Positions 39,409 to 53,900 of a stretch of DNA of 64,000 nt are shown one piece after another. Source of the stretch: an uncultured virus (IMG/VR IMGVR_UViG_3300029705_002947) (lineage: Duplodnaviria; Heunggongvirae; Uroviricota; Caudoviricetes); the IMG/VR virus record IMGVR_UViG_3300029705_002947; one strand, 5' to 3'. The stretch's first letter is position 1, and each line of letters begins with the position of its first letter. The translations under genes were made by a program, and so were the position numbers. The notes under the pieces are model-generated. The model was not told the DNA's origin, did not search any database, and was given only the letters and a program-made list of their open reading frames with translations.

Positions 39409-39518
39409 AAAAATCTACTCCTTCTAAATTTGATTACATTGAATTTCTTATCCAATTTAATTAGTTGTTTCATGTCAACAAATATTTAATAAATTATGAA
39501 TTAGGGAGTGAAATTCTA

Positions 39519-39851
39519 ATGTTTAAGATACGTCTTATAAAAGATAAAATTAAACGTAACCGAGTAAAATCACATAGTAGAACTAGTAAATTGATAATTT
39601 TATTCGTTATAATATCATTATTCAGTTATACAGCTGCTGCTATATGGTTACAACTAAAAATAGGTGTTGAAATATCTCCAACACTTACAACATGTTTTTA
39701 TGCTTTCTGTACAGGAGAATTATGGTTATTAGCAAGTATTAAAAAATCTAAAATTGCTAATGGACAAAAAGCTAGAGCATATGATTCTGAAATTAATAAC
39801 TATAAAGGAGAAAATAATATAACTGATGATGATGAAGAAGCTAAAGGATAA
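39519..39851 (+). CDS. Putative holin (two TM), divergent from the endolysin
   Basis: Two TM helices with P.TLTTCFYAFCTGELW.LA.IK; start reassigned to ATG 39519 after GGGAG. Confidence 0.55.
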   Translation: MFKIRLIKDKIKRNRVKSHSRTSKLIILFVIISLFSYTAAAIWLQLKIGVEISPTLTTCFYAFCTGELWLLASIKKSKIANGQKARAYDSEINNYKGENNITDDDEEAKG

Positions 39852-39942
39852 AAAATGAGTATAGACAACCAAGTCTATACTCATAATTCTTTTAAGAAAA
39901 CAATTAGGTAAGTAATTAGATACTTAAAATTTTATAAGAAAG

Positions 39943-42900
39943 GTGTTGATAATTCCTATGAGTAATTACGATGAAAGAGAATTTTATCAATCTTCACGAT
40001 TTGTTTTTATTGGTGATAGTATACCAACTGCCAATAATAAAATAGTGTATCGTAAGGGAGATATAATTGTAAACATAGGTGAAACTCAAGCAACAGAACC
40101 TATATTCGTATGTATTAAAGGTGGAATGCCTGGTGAATGGATATCTGTTGGTGGTGGAGAAGCTACTGCTGGTGAAAATGGTAAATCTGCGTATGAACTT
40201 GCCGTTGATAATGGATTCGAAGGTACTGTAGAAGAATGGTTAGAATCATTACAAGCTAATGGAAAAGCATTTACGTATGAAGATTTTACAGAAGAACAGT
40301 TAGCAGCTTTAGTAGGACCTCAAGGTGAGGTTGGACCACAAGGACCTCAAGGTGAGCCTTTTAAATATGAAGATTTTACTATAGAACAATTAGAACTGTT
40401 AACTGGACCTCAAGGTGAGGTTGGACCACAAGGACCTCAAGGTGAGCCTGGACCTAAAGGAGATCCGTTTAAATTTAGTGATTTCACGTTAGATCAGTTA
40501 GAAAATCTAAGAGGACCACAAGGACCTGTTGGTGCACAAGGACCAATGGGACCTCAAGGTATACAAGGACCAGCTGGTGTGGCAGGACCTAAAGGAGAAC
40601 CAGGTGAACCAGGATATACTCCTATCAAAGGTGTTGATTATTTCACTGAAGAAGAAATAGATAGATTAGTTTATAATGATGAAGAAATTAGAGAGTTATT
40701 ATTAGACGATGAACCTTATGTAGAATACTTACACAATTATAATAGAGTATTTATGTGTGGTTATCCAACAGTTGTTGATATTAATAAAGATCATAAATAT
40801 GATGAAAATGAACCAGAAGATTCTATTATAGTGAGATATAAATTTAATCAAAAACACTGTTATATAGCAATACTTGCTGAAGATGCTCCTAAAACTATAA
40901 TATATGGTGGTTATGGACCAAGAAAACATGAAATAAGAAGAGTTCTACCTAACACATTCTTAGATGTTAGAAATGTTAAAATATATGGTGTTAATGTAGG
41001 TGGATATTTTGAAGGTAATATAGGAAAAGCAGAATTAGTTATGGAAAATTGTCAAGTTGAACAAATATGCTGCGGTGATTGTGAAAAACCTATAGATAAA
41101 AAACAACCTGAAAAACTTATAATCCATGAAGTTGATATAAAACTTAACAATGTAGTTTGTAACGGAAACGCTTATGTAGGAACTGGAGGATTCGGCGTAG
41201 TAAATAAAGGAAGAATGGAAATAAACGATGGATGTATAATTAACTTTGCTATTGCTGGTGGAGCAAATGGATACACTAGATTTGGAGAGATAATAGTTAA
41301 TGGAGGTACAGTAAACGTATTACAAAGTGCTAATAGAGGAATTGTGGATAAATCTCACTTAGTTATAAATGGAGGTATTGTAGATAGATTTTATGCTGGT
41401 GGATCACCTGCATCTGTAGTATACGACCATTATATAGAATTAAATGGAGGTACTGTACATAAATTAGCTCCTGGATTTAGTAATGGTGTTACTATACCAG
41501 AAATAAAAGGATGTATAATGAACGCTGAAGTTATTAATGGTGATACATCTATGTTAGAAGTAGTAGAAGAAAAACCAGAAGTAATTGGTGGATATGGTAA
41601 ATCTGCATATGAATTAGCAGTAGAAAACGGATTTGAAGGTTCTTTAGAAGAGTGGTTTGAAAGTTTAAAAGGACCACAAGGAGAACAAGGACCTCAAGGT
41701 GAAGCATTCGGATTCGACGATTTTACTATAGAACAATTAGAAGCTATAAGAGGACCTAGAGGTAAGCAAGGACCTAAAGGTGAAATAGGACCAGAAGGAC
41801 CTGTTGGACCTAAAGGAGAACCTTTTAAATATGAAGACTTTACTGAAGATCAATTATTAGATTTAATCGGACCAGAAGGTCCTAGAGGAAAATCTGCTTA
41901 TGATATTGCAGTTGAAGTTGGTTTTGAAGGAGATATGAAAGAATGGTTAGAATCATTAATTGGTCCACAAGGAGAGCAAGGACCTAAAGGAGAACCATTT
42001 AAATTCGATGATTTTACTATAGAACAATTAAGATTATTAAAAGGACCACAAGGAGAAAAAGGTGATCCGTTTAAATATGAAGATTTTACTAAAGAGCAAT
42101 TAGTCGATTTAATAGGACCACAAGGACCAGAAGGACCTGCTGGACCACAAGGGGAACCTTTTAAATATGAAGACTTTACTATAGAACAATTAAAATTCTT
42201 AAAAGGACCTAAAGGTGATCAAGGTGAAGTTGGTCCACAAGGTGAACAAGGACCTAAAGGAGAACCATTTAAATATGAAGATTTTACTAAAGAACAACTT
42301 ATAGAATTAAAAGGACCTCAAGGACCAGAAGGACCACAAGGTAAACCTTTCTTATATGAAGATTTCACATTAGCACAACTAGCTGAGTTAAGAGGACCTC
42401 AAGGTATACAAGGTGAAGTTGGACCTCAAGGTGAAGTTGGACCTCAAGGACCACAAGGAGAAAAAGGTGAACAAGGACATTCTGCTTATCATGCATGGAG
42501 AACTATAGAAGGAAATGAAGAAGGTACTGTAGAAGAATTTATTGAGGCTATAAGAGGGGAAAAAGGAGATCAAGGAGAACAAGGACCTAAAGGTGATGCT
42601 TTTGAATATGGTGATTTCACTATAGATCAATTAGAAGAATTAAGAGGACCTCAAGGTATCCAAGGTGAAGTTGGACCTCAAGGACCAATGGGACCACAAG
42701 GTATACAAGGACCAGAAGGACCTCAAGGACATTCTGCTTATCAAGCATGGAAAACTATAGAAGGAAATGAAGAAGGTACTGTAGAAGAATTCTTAGAAGA
42801 AATGAAAGGACCTAAGGGGGATAAAGGTGATAAAGGAGATCCATTTAAATATGAAGATTTCACTATAGAAGAATTAAGATATTTAAGAGGACCTCAAGGT

Positions 42901-44238
42901 ATCCAAGGTGAAGTTGGACCAGAAGGACCTAGAGGACCTAAGGGAGATAAAGGTGATCAAGGTGAAATGGGACCTCAAGGTGAAATAGGTCATGTTGGAC
43001 CTCAAGGACCTCAAGGTGAAAGAGGACCTAAAGGTGAACCATTTGAATACGGTGACTTTACATTAGAACAATTAGAAGCATTAAGAGGACCAGAAGGACC
43101 TGCTGGACCACAAGGACCTAAAGGTGAACCTATGTCTTTTGACGATCTTAATGAAATACAAAAAGCTGCTTTAAAAGGTGAACAAGGACCAAAAGGAGAT
43201 AAAGGTGACAAAGGAGATCCATTTAGATATGAAGATTTTACTGCAGTTCAATTAGCTGCTTTAGTAGGACCAGAAGGACCTGCTGGACCACAAGGACCTA
43301 AAGGAGATAGAGGACCACAAGGTATTCAAGGATTACAAGGTGAACAAGGACCTCAAGGATTACAAGGTGAAAAAGGTCTACAAGGTGTACCTGGACCAGA
43401 AGGACCTAAAGGTCAACAAGGTGAACAAGGACCTCAAGGTGAAAGAGGATTACAAGGTGTACCTGGACCAACTGGACCACAAGGATTACGTGGTGAACCA
43501 GGGCAACAAGGACCTAAAGGAGACCAAGGTGAAAAAGGTCTACAAGGTGAAGTTGGACCTAGAGGAGAACAAGGACCTAAAGGAGATAAAGGTGAAGATG
43601 GTTATACTCCAGTAAAAGGTGTAGATTACTTCACAGAAGAAGAGTTAAATGAATTGTTATACGATGATTCTGAAATAAAAGAAAGAATTGAAATTTTAGA
43701 ACAACCTAAACATAAAATAACTAATGTACCGGAAGGAACTATTGTTGAGTACAGAGAAGATGAAATAAGAATAATGTGTCCAAATAATGCTGTATTTACT
43801 CAACAAGAAGTAGGAGATGGTGGTAATGCTAATATGTATTATATGGCAATGACTACACAAGCTCCAGAAGGTGCTGTTGCATTTAATGAAGGTGATAAGG
43901 GTGTTATTACTGAAAGAAATATTAAACTAGAAGGTAACACATCTAAAACTATATGGTTAGCACTTGCTAGTTTAAACGGAGGGAATTGGACTTATTTTGG
44001 TAAAAATTCTACAGCTGCAAAACCTATAGGCTGGGATTATATAATAGAATGGCTTGACGAAAATGGAAATATTATAGAAACTAATGTTATAAGAATCAAC
44101 TTATCTAATGAAAACTGTCATGGTGTAAGTTTATTCTCTGCAGTTAAAGAATTAGCTAATATGTTTAAGTTCAACGCAAATGGAGAATTAGTTGTAACTA
44201 TAGATGGAGTTTCTAAAGTATTTATACCTAAAGAATAG
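39943..44238 (+). CDS. Collagen-like tail fibre/appendage protein
   Basis: Extensive Gly-X-Y runs interrupted by [23 protein letters not shown]...EWL.SL and GYTP.KGVDYFT repeats; central beta-helix-like GG-rich segment; probable ATG at 39958. Confidence 0.8.
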   Translation: MLIIPMSNYDEREFYQSSRFVFIGDSIPTANNKIVYRKGDIIVNIGETQATEPIFVCIKGGMPGEWISVGGGEATAGENGKSAYELAVDNGFEGTVEEWLESLQANGKAFTYEDFTEEQLAALVGPQGEVGPQGPQGEPFKYEDFTIEQLELLTGPQGEVGPQGPQGEPGPKGDPFKFSDFTLDQLENLRGPQGPVGAQGPMGPQGIQGPAGVAGPKGEPGEPGYTPIKGVDYFTEEEIDRLVYNDEEIRELLLDDEPYVEYLHNYNRVFMCGYPTVVDINKDHKYDENEPEDSIIVRYKFNQKHCYIAILAEDAPKTIIYGGYGPRKHEIRRVLPNTFLDVRNVKIYGVNVGGYFEGNIGKAELVMENCQVEQICCGDCEKPIDKKQPEKLIIHEVDIKLNNVVCNGNAYVGTGGFGVVNKGRMEINDGCIINFAIAGGANGYTRFGEIIVNGGTVNVLQSANRGIVDKSHLVINGGIVDRFYAGGSPASVVYDHYIELNGGTVHKLAPGFSNGVTIPEIKGCIMNAEVINGDTSMLEVVEEKPEVIGGYGKSAYELAVENGFEGSLEEWFESLKGPQGEQGPQGEAFGFDDFTIEQLEAIRGPRGKQGPKGEIGPEGPVGPKGEPFKYEDFTEDQLLDLIGPEGPRGKSAYDIAVEVGFEGDMKEWLESLIGPQGEQGPKGEPFKFDDFTIEQLRLLKGPQGEKGDPFKYEDFTKEQLVDLIGPQGPEGPAGPQGEPFKYEDFTIEQLKFLKGPKGDQGEVGPQGEQGPKGEPFKYEDFTKEQLIELKGPQGPEGPQGKPFLYEDFTLAQLAELRGPQGIQGEVGPQGEVGPQGPQGEKGEQGHSAYHAWRTIEGNEEGTVEEFIEAIRGEKGDQGEQGPKGDAFEYGDFTIDQLEELRGPQGIQGEVGPQGPMGPQGIQGPEGPQGHSAYQAWKTIEGNEEGTVEEFLEEMKGPKGDKGDKGDPFKYEDFTIEELRYLRGPQGIQGEVGPEGPRGPKGDKGDQGEMGPQGEIGHVGPQGPQGERGPKGEPFEYGDFTLEQLEALRGPEGPAGPQGPKGEPMSFDDLNEIQKAALKGEQGPKGDKGDKGDPFRYEDFTAVQLAALVGPEGPAGPQGPKGDRGPQGIQGLQGEQGPQGLQGEKGLQGVPGPEGPKGQQGEQGPQGERGLQGVPGPTGPQGLRGEPGQQGPKGDQGEKGLQGEVGPRGEQGPKGDKGEDGYTPVKGVDYFTEEELNELLYDDSEIKERIEILEQPKHKITNVPEGTIVEYREDEIRIMCPNNAVFTQQEVGDGGNANMYYMAMTTQAPEGAVAFNEGDKGVITERNIKLEGNTSKTIWLALASLNGGNWTYFGKNSTAAKPIGWDYIIEWLDENGNIIETNVIRINLSNENCHGVSLFSAVKELANMFKFNANGELVVTIDGVSKVFIPKE

Positions 44239-44278
44239 GAAAAAACAAGCCTATAATAAAGAAAGGATGTGAAAATAT

Positions 44279-44893
44279 ATGGGTGCTAAAAAAGTAGTTA
44301 CTTTAGCTACAGAAGAATTTGTTATAAATTTAGCTAATCAAATTAGAGCTGAAATTGAAGGTAAAAACTTCGAACAATTAAAAACTGATGATAAAACTAT
44401 TTTAGGTTCTATCAATGAAGTTAATGATTTATTACAAATATTCACAGTTCCTGAATATGATGTAACTGCTCCAATGTATTATGGTATATTAGATCCTCAA
44501 GATGTTGGAAATGTTCATTCATTTAAGGATATAACAATAGACATGTTTAATAATGATAAGTTTATGACAACTAAACCAGGTCAAAGAACAGTACCGTTAG
44601 GAAATGTAAAACAAGGGCAATTTATAGTAATTGCTATTCCAGTAATCTTTGACTTAATAGCTGTTAAAGATGATGGATTTGGAAACTATATGGAATTTGA
44701 TGAAAGTATTCTTGGAGTTAATGGTGTTGATGTTAAACTTGGTGATCAAACTTATTTATTATTCGGTGAGTTTGTAATAGTAGAAGGTGAAAGAAAAATA
44801 TCTATTATTCCTAGAAAACCTATTGAGCCAATTTGTAAATGCCCTGAGGTTACAGATACAGATATTGAAAATATAATAAACGGAATAGAGTAA
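44279..44893 (+). CDS. Tail-fibre-associated protein
   Basis: LATEEFV and LKTDDKTILGSINEV fibre-type motifs; late-type promoter at 44244-44255. Confidence 0.55.
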   Translation: MGAKKVVTLATEEFVINLANQIRAEIEGKNFEQLKTDDKTILGSINEVNDLLQIFTVPEYDVTAPMYYGILDPQDVGNVHSFKDITIDMFNNDKFMTTKPGQRTVPLGNVKQGQFIVIAIPVIFDLIAVKDDGFGNYMEFDESILGVNGVDVKLGDQTYLLFGEFVIVEGERKISIIPRKPIEPICKCPEVTDTDIENIINGIE

Positions 44894-44996
44894 TTAACTA
44901 ATAAAGAGAGGACGATATTTGTCTTCTCTTTATTTTTTCTATTCAAAAACAAATAGATAATGTATAATTTATTATAAGAAAGGAGACAGATAAATT

Positions 44997-47900
44997 ATGA
45001 AAGTTATATATAAAGGAATTGCTATTGATAGTAAAATAGAGGAAAAAAGAATAGAACAGTTATTACATGATGATGCTATAAATAGAGTAACTAAAATAAC
45101 TGTTAAAATTCCTGAAGATAATTATTCCTTAACTTTAGTTCCTAGTGCAGACTATATAACAGATGAAGGTCTTGTAAGCTGGGGAGATAATATTGATGGA
45201 TATTTAAACGATACCTGTGTACATGTATATGAAAAAGCAGGAGTTTATGATATATCAGGACATTTTACTTTTGGTTTAGGAACAGAACCTACGGCTAGTA
45301 TAAGACGATGTCTTGTTGAAGTTAAAAATTTAACTGAAGTAAATGGAAATTTAAGTAATGCATTCTTTAGTTGTTATAATTTAAGAATATTCGATTCCAT
45401 TACTGAGTTACATCCGACTACATTATATTCCACATTTAGAGATTGTAATCAATTGTTATCAGTCAATACAACTAAATGGGATACTAGTAATGTAACTAAT
45501 ATGAGCAATACATTTGGAGGTTGTCGATCATTATTAACTGTTGATGTAAGTAATTGGGATACTGGTAATGTAACTAATATGGGCAATTTGTTCAATGCAT
45601 GTGAAAAAATAAATAACTTAGATGTAAGTAATTGGGATACTGGTAAAGTAACCAATATGAACAATACATTCGGTCATTGTTACTTACTGGAAAGTATAGA
45701 TGTAAGTAATTGGGATACTGGTAACGTAATAGATTTCTGTGGAACATTTTTTGATTGTTACCTATTAGAACATATAGATGTAAGTAATTGGGATACACAT
45801 AGTGCACAATATATGAATGGTGTATTTAGAAGATGTCATTCGTTAAAATCAATTAACATAAGTAATTGGAATACTATTAATGTATCTACTATAGGATATA
45901 TGTTCTTAGAATGTGAAGAGTTAACAGAAATAATAGGATTACAAAATCTTAATGTAACAAATGTTACAGATATGATGAATACCTTTAATGGTTGTAAAAA
46001 ATTACAAGATATTTCAGGAATAATAACTTGGGATACTGGTAAAGTTGAGATTTTACAAAATACATTTGCAAATTGTACAACGCTTAATAATATAGATTTA
46101 ACTAATTTTGATACTGATAATGTAACTAATATGACTGGTATGTTTATGGGTTGTACAGGTTTAACTTCATTAAATGTAAGTAATTTCAATACACCTAGGT
46201 TATTATATACATCAAATATGTTTAAAGATTGTATTAACTTAACTTCTATAATTGGTATAGAAAACTTAACTGTTAATAGAGTAACTAAAATGGACTATAT
46301 GTTCTATGGTTGTGAAAAATTAACAAATTTAAATTTAAGCACTTGGGTTACAGGAAACACATTGCATTCAATGATGGCTATGTTTGCTGATTGTAAATCA
46401 TTGAAGTCGTTAAATGTAAGTGGGTTTAACGTTAGTGGAGTACAACATATAGTAGGTAAAATTGATAACGTTGATAGAGGTTTATTCTCTCAATGTAATG
46501 CTCTTACTGAAATAATAGGTATTGAAAATTGGAATACTAAAAATATAAATAATATGTTTGAAATGTTCTGGAGATGCTATGAATTAACTTCATTGGACGT
46601 ATCTAGTTGGAATACTGGAAATGTAACTAGTATGTATAGAATGTTCAATGATTGTAACAAATTACATACTATAACAGGTGTTGGTAATTTTAATACTAGC
46701 AAAGTAACTAGTATGCAAAGTATGTTTAATGGATGTAACGCTTTACAAACATTAGATAATTTAAGTAAATGGGATACTGGAAATGTAACTAGTATGTTTA
46801 TGATGTTTAAAGATTGTAATGTGCTTACAGAAATAAATGGTATAGGTAATTGGAATACTGGAAATGTAACAAATATGAATGCGTTATTTCAAAATTGTTA
46901 TGGACTGAAATCAGTAGATGTGATTGGATGGAATACTGCTAAAGTTACTGATATGAAATATTTATGCAGTAAATGTAATTCATTAATTAAACTGGATGTA
47001 GATAACTGGAATACTGAAAATGTAACCAATATGCAAGGTATGTTCAATGAATGTGAACAACTAGAAACGTTAAACGTAACAAATTGGAAGACATATAAAG
47101 TAACTAATATGCGTGGTATGTTTAACAGCTGTAAATCATTGAAATTATTAGATGTAAGTGGATTTAATACTGCAAAAGTAACTGACATGACATACATGTT
47201 TATTTATTGTAATTCATTAGAAGTATTAGATGTAAGTGGATTCAATACTAGTAGAGTTACAAGTATGGATAATATGTTCAGAGATTGTTTTTTAGTACAG
47301 TCATTGGATGTAAGTCATTGGGATACTAGTAATGTAACTAATATGTATAATATGTTCTATAATTGCCAATCATTAACATCGTTAGATTTAAGTAATTGGA
47401 ATACTGGTAAAGTAACTGATATGAGAAATATGTTCCAAAATTGTTATAGATTAGAAATAATAGATGGAATTAGTGATTTAGTTACTAGTAAAATAACTAA
47501 TATAGATAATTTATTTCACATGAATGAAAAATTACAAAGTATAGATGTAAGTAATTGGGATACTAGTAATGTAACTACTATGCGTAATACATTTTTTAAT
47601 TGTAGATTAATAACAACAATAGATGTTAGTAATTGGAATGTTGGTAAAGTAACTAATATGCATTGTTTATTCCAAGGTTGTACTAATTTAATTGATGTTG
47701 GTGATATATCTAATTGGGATGTAAGTAACGTAACTAATATGAATGTTATGTTTGGTTTCTGTCCGAGTTTAGTTAGAATAAATACAACTAATTGGGATAT
47801 GAGAAAAGTTAAAACTACTCAACAAATGTTCAATTCATGTAACAACTTAGTTGAAATTATTGGTATGGAAAATTGGGTTATGGATTCTCTTGAAAATATA

Positions 47901-50900
47901 GCAGGTATGTTCTGTTATTGTAATTCTTTAATTTCACTAGATGTTTCTAATTGGAATACTAATAAAGTAACTAGTTTAGGTGTTACGGCAGGTGAAGATT
48001 TTAAAGGATTATTCAAAGGTTGTAATTCTTTAACAACTATAATAGGTATTAATAATTGGGATGTTAGTAATGTAACTGATATGAGTCATACATTTAATTC
48101 ATGTACAAGTTTACAAGAACTTAACATAAGTGATTGGGATACTAGAAATGTAATTCGTATGGATAAAATGTTTATGCGATGTCAATCTTTAACTTCATTA
48201 GATGTAAGCAATTTTGATACTAGTAAAGTAATTACTATGGATGGCATGTTCCGTGAATGTCAATCTTTAACTTCATTAGATGTAAGTAACTTTGATACTA
48301 GTAAAGTAATTACTATGTATGCTATGTTCTATGATTGTAGATCATTAACTTCATTAGATTTAAGTAATTTTGATACTAGTATTGTGACTAATATGAGTTC
48401 AATGTTCAATATTTGTAATAAATTAACTTCATTAGATTTAAGTAATTTTGATACTAGTAATGTAACTACTATGAGTCATATGTTCTACGGGTGTAATGAA
48501 TTGACTTCAATAGGAGATGTAAGTAACTGGGACACTGGTAATGTAACTGATATGAGTGTGATGTTTGGTAATTGTTATAATTTAACTTCATTAGATGTAA
48601 GTAATTGGGATACTGGTAAAGTAACTACTATGAGTAATATGTTCCATGGTTGTCAATCATTAACTTCATTAGATGTAAGTAATTGGGATACTGGTAAAGT
48701 AACTACTATGAGATATATGTTTGCTGCATGTAGAATTATAACTGAATTAAATTTAAGTAACTGGGATGTTAGTAATGTAACTGATATGACTAGTTTATTT
48801 GATAACTGCTATATGCTAACTACGGTAGGAGATATAAGCAACTGGGATACTGGTAAAGTAACTGGTATGGGAGCTATGTTCTCTTATTGTCAAAAAATAA
48901 ATGGGTTAAATGTAAGTAATTGGAATGTTAGAAATGTAGCATATATGTATTATATGTTTAATGAATGTTTAGAATTAACTTCAATAGATGTAAGTAATTG
49001 GAATACTGAAAGTTTATTACAATCTCATTGGATGTTTAGAAAATGTCAAAAACTAACTTCATTAGATGTAAGTAACTGGGATGTTAGTAATGTAATTAAT
49101 ATGAATCATATGTTCCAACATTGTCCTCAATTAACAACAGTTGGTGATTTAGGTAATTGGGATACACATAATGTAACAACAATCAATAATATGTTTGATT
49201 GTTGTAATAGTTTAGAATCTCTAAATGTAAGTAATTGGGATACTAGTAGTGTAACTAATATGTCAAGTGCATTTGTAGGCTGTAGTATCATACCAGAATT
49301 AGATGTTTCCAATTGGGATACTAGAAATGTAACTACTATGGATAGATTGTTCTACTCATGTAACTCATTAACTTCATTAGATGTATCTAGATGGAATACT
49401 AGTAAAGTAACTACTATGAATAATATGTTCGCTAATTGTAACAATGTAACAGCGTTAGACGTAAGTAATTGGAATACTAGTAATGTAACTAATATGCTTA
49501 ATTTATTTGATGGGTGTAATAATTTAACTTCAATAGATGTAAGTAACTGGGATACTAGAAATGTAGATAATATGGGGGGAATGTTTAGAGCTTGTAACAA
49601 ATTAACTTCATTAGATGTAAGTAATTGGAATACTAGTAAAGTAACCAAAATGGACGCTATGTTCTCCAATTGTTATAGTTTAACTTCATTAGATGTAAGT
49701 AATTTTGATACTGGTAAATTAGTTAATAGTTGGGCTATGTTTTATAATTGTAACAAATTAACTTCATTAGATGTGTCTAAGTGGAATGTTAGTGCATTAA
49801 AAAGCTCTCAAGAAATGTTTCAATTATGTCAGTCGTTAACTTCATTAGACATGAGTAAATGGAATTTTGCACCAATACATATATATGAGATGTTCTGTGA
49901 TTGTACTAACTTAAGAAGTATAACATTTGGTGAAAATTGGGATACTGGAAATGTAACTGATATGGGTTATATGTTCAAAGGATGTAAATCATTAACAACA
50001 TTAGATGTAAGTAATTGGAATACTGGTAATGTAACTAATATGCATTATATGTTCCATAGTTGTACTAATTTAAAAACATTAGATGTAAGTAAATGGAATA
50101 CTAGTAAAGTAACTAGTTTAAGAATGATGTTCCATTATTGTATATCATTAACTACTATAGGAGATGTAAGTAAATGGGATACTAGTAATGTAACTACTAT
50201 GGAAAATACGTTCCAATCATGTACTAAATTAAATGATATAAATATAAGTAATTGGGATGTAAGTAACGTTGAATCTATACATGCTATACTTCATAATTGT
50301 ACTTCTCTTACTAATGTAGATATCAGTGGATGGGACTTTAATAATTCAATAAATGCATCAGTATGTATAAGTGGATTAAATAAGGTAAAAACAATTTATT
50401 TCCCTAAAAAGCATGTTAATATCGTTGATATTGTTTATACAGAAAACGGTCAACCAATACATGGATTCTTAAAAAACTGTCACGAATTAACAACTATAGA
50501 TTTTGGTGGATTTGATTTAACTAATGCTGAAGATGATTTAGGTTTATGCATGAAAAATTCACCTAATATCAGATATGTAAGATGTGATATAGCAGGTACA
50601 CTTAATAAAATAGTTAATTATTTACCAGTAAGAACCGTAGAAGCACCAGGTTGTTTAATAACTACAGCTAGCGTTACTAATGAAATATTATCAGTACTTA
50701 ATAGTAAAAACTGGAATATAGTTAGCCTAGAAGAGGATGGTACTAAATTAGCTTCGTATACATTCGATAAGAGTATTTATTCTAGTCACGTTCCTCAATT
50801 TAATAATCCATCATCTAATGAATATGGTGATTATGACGGATATTTCTGGAACGATGTTATAGACGGAAACTTAGTAACTAGAACTTTATACACATTACGT

Positions 50901-53900
50901 GAATTACCTACAACTATGAGATTTGGTCATATATGGATAAACGAAGAAGATGATGTAAAATATCAACCTAGAAGTCATAGCTTGATAGATGTTGAATATG
51001 TTAACGTTGAAGGTTTATTTAATATGTCTGCAATGTTTAGAGCTTGTGTGAATTTAGTAAGAGTAAATGAATTTAATGTAACAAATAAAGTGGAATATTT
51101 AGGAGCAATATTCCAACATTGTATTAATTTAACTTCATTAGATGTAAGTAATTGGGATACTAGTAATGTAATGTATATGTCTCACGTTTTTACTGATTGT
51201 ATTAAATTAACTTCAATAGATGTAAGTAATTGGGATACTAGTAAAGCAACTAATATGAGAGGTATGTTCTCTGGTTGTAATAAATTAACTTCAATAGATG
51301 TAAGTAATTTTGATACTAGAAATGTAACTAATATGCAAGATATGTTCTATAAATGTACTTCATTAACTTCATTAGATGTAAGTAATTTTAATACTAGTAA
51401 AGTAACTAATATGGCTTGTATGTTCTATTGGTTAAATGTTGAATATTTAGATTTACGTAATTTTAATACTAGTAAAGTTGAAACTATGAATGGTATGTTT
51501 GATAACTGTCCATTATTAAAAGAAATAAAAGGTATAGAAGATTTTAATACTGGAAAAGTAAACGATATGAGACAATTGTTCTTTAACTGTAATGCATTAA
51601 CTTCGTTAGACTTAAGTAAATGGGATGTTAGTAACGTAAGACTTATGAATGGATTATTCTATAGATGTTTTAATTTAGAGTCATTAAATATAAGTACATG
51701 GAATACTGCTAATGTAACTGAAATGGTAAGTATGTTCCGTGGATTAAGAAAATTAACTTCGCTAGATGTAAGTAGTTTTGATACTAGTAATGTAACTAAT
51801 ATGAGTTGGACGTTTGCTGGTCTTGAATGGGATAGAGATCCATCTTCATTAACTGAAATTATAGGTTTAGAAAATTGGGATACTGGTAATGTGCGATTTA
51901 TGGGTGCAATGTTCTTAGGCTGTGACAAAATAACAACATTACCTATAAGCAATTGGGATGTTAGTAATATAGCTGATGTTTCATCATTATTCAATGGTTG
52001 TAAATCATTAGTTTCATTAGATATAAGTAGATGGAGCTTTAGTAATAAGCTTGAAAATATATGTTATATGTTCCGTTATTGTCATTCATTAACTGAAATA
52101 AGTTTAAATGGGTTTAATACTACAAATGTTAAATATGTCGCTGCTATGTTCGCAGGTTGTAAATCTATAACATATTTAGACTGTTCTAGTTTTATATTAG
52201 ATAAATTGGAATATAATAATGGTATACAATGCGATTATTTATTTAACGATATGGAGTCTTTAACAAACCTAAATATATCACAAATGGATATTAGTAATGT
52301 AGTTAGTTATGAAACAATATTTATGACTACAAAAAATCTAGAATTGATAAGCTGTAATAAAATTGGTACTATACATAAGATAATCCCATTAATACCTGAT
52401 AGAACTGGTAAAGAACATGGTATACTTCTTACTACAGCAGGTGATAAAATAGATAAAGAATGTATGGAATTATTAGCAGAAAAGAACTGGGAAATTACTT
52501 CTGAAATAGGTATGTTAGTTGCAGATTATATATTTGATCCAGAAATTTATCCTAGTTTACTTCCATTTTCAGGAAATTATTTAAATAGTTGCGTTATAGT
52601 AGATGAAACTATTGAAAACTATGTTGTAGAAGAAACTAGCGAAGAAGTTGAAACTTTAGGTATAGACGAAGAAAATTATGGAATAATGACATTAGAAGAA
52701 CCAAGTTCTAGAAGAGTAATAAGAAGAAAAATATATAATGTAAAAGAGAAAAAACCGTCTTATCTTAGATTTGGTACGGGAGTATGGGATATAATCGATA
52801 ATCGAAGTGATTCGTTATTGGAAGTTAAATATTTAGATATAGAAAACTGTACATACTTATATAGATTATTTGGATGTTGTAGAAACTTAATAAAAGTTGA
52901 TGGTGTGGTTATTACAAATAAAACTGACAATATACAACAAACATTCCATGGTTGTCGTAATTTAGTATATCTAAATACTGAAGGTTGGGATACAAGTAAT
53001 GTATTAATTACACAAGGTATGTTCCAAAATTGTGATAAATTAACATCGTTAGATGTAAGTAATTGGAATACTAGTAAAGTGACTAACACAAATTTCATGT
53101 TCCAATATTGTCAATCACTAGCTTCATTAGATTTAAGTAATTGGGATACTGGTAAAGTAACTACTATGAGATTTATGTTCAAAGGTTGTCAATCATTAAC
53201 TTCATTAGATTTAAGTAATTTTGATACTAGTAAAGTAATTAATATGGAAAGTATGTTTAATGCATGTTACAACTTAACAATATTAGATATATCAAACTTT
53301 ACAATTAATGCCGATTGTGTTGTGGGTAACATGTTTGATGGTATACCTATAAAATATCTAAAACTAGATGATGTTCCTTCATTAATAAATATAATGGATC
53401 AATTACCAACTAAAACGACAGTTAATAAAGGTCATGTTGTAACTTATAATCCTGCAAGACTTACAATTACAAATATTAATTTAATTAAAGCTAAAAACTG
53501 GGAAGCTCATTCAATTGATGATTGTACAGTTGCAGCTTATGGATTTGATAATACTGTACACAACGACTTAATGCCATTATTCAATGAAGATTATGATACA
53601 TCAGCTTTAGTAATATCTGATCATGTTCACGGTGGATATTTTGTTCATAGAGATATAATGAACTTTGAAGGTAAACGTCCTACATCAATTAAATTTGGTG
53701 GAGATGAACCAGATGCTAGAACTAATGCATTAATGCAAATTGGTGATATTAACTTAACTGGAATAACTGATTATTCTGAAATGTTTAAAAACTGTACTAA
53801 TTTAAATTATCTAAATATTTGTGTTGGAGAAAAAACACCTACAAATGTTTCTCATATGTTTGAAGGATGTTCTAACTTAGAATTATTTGATATTTATGGA

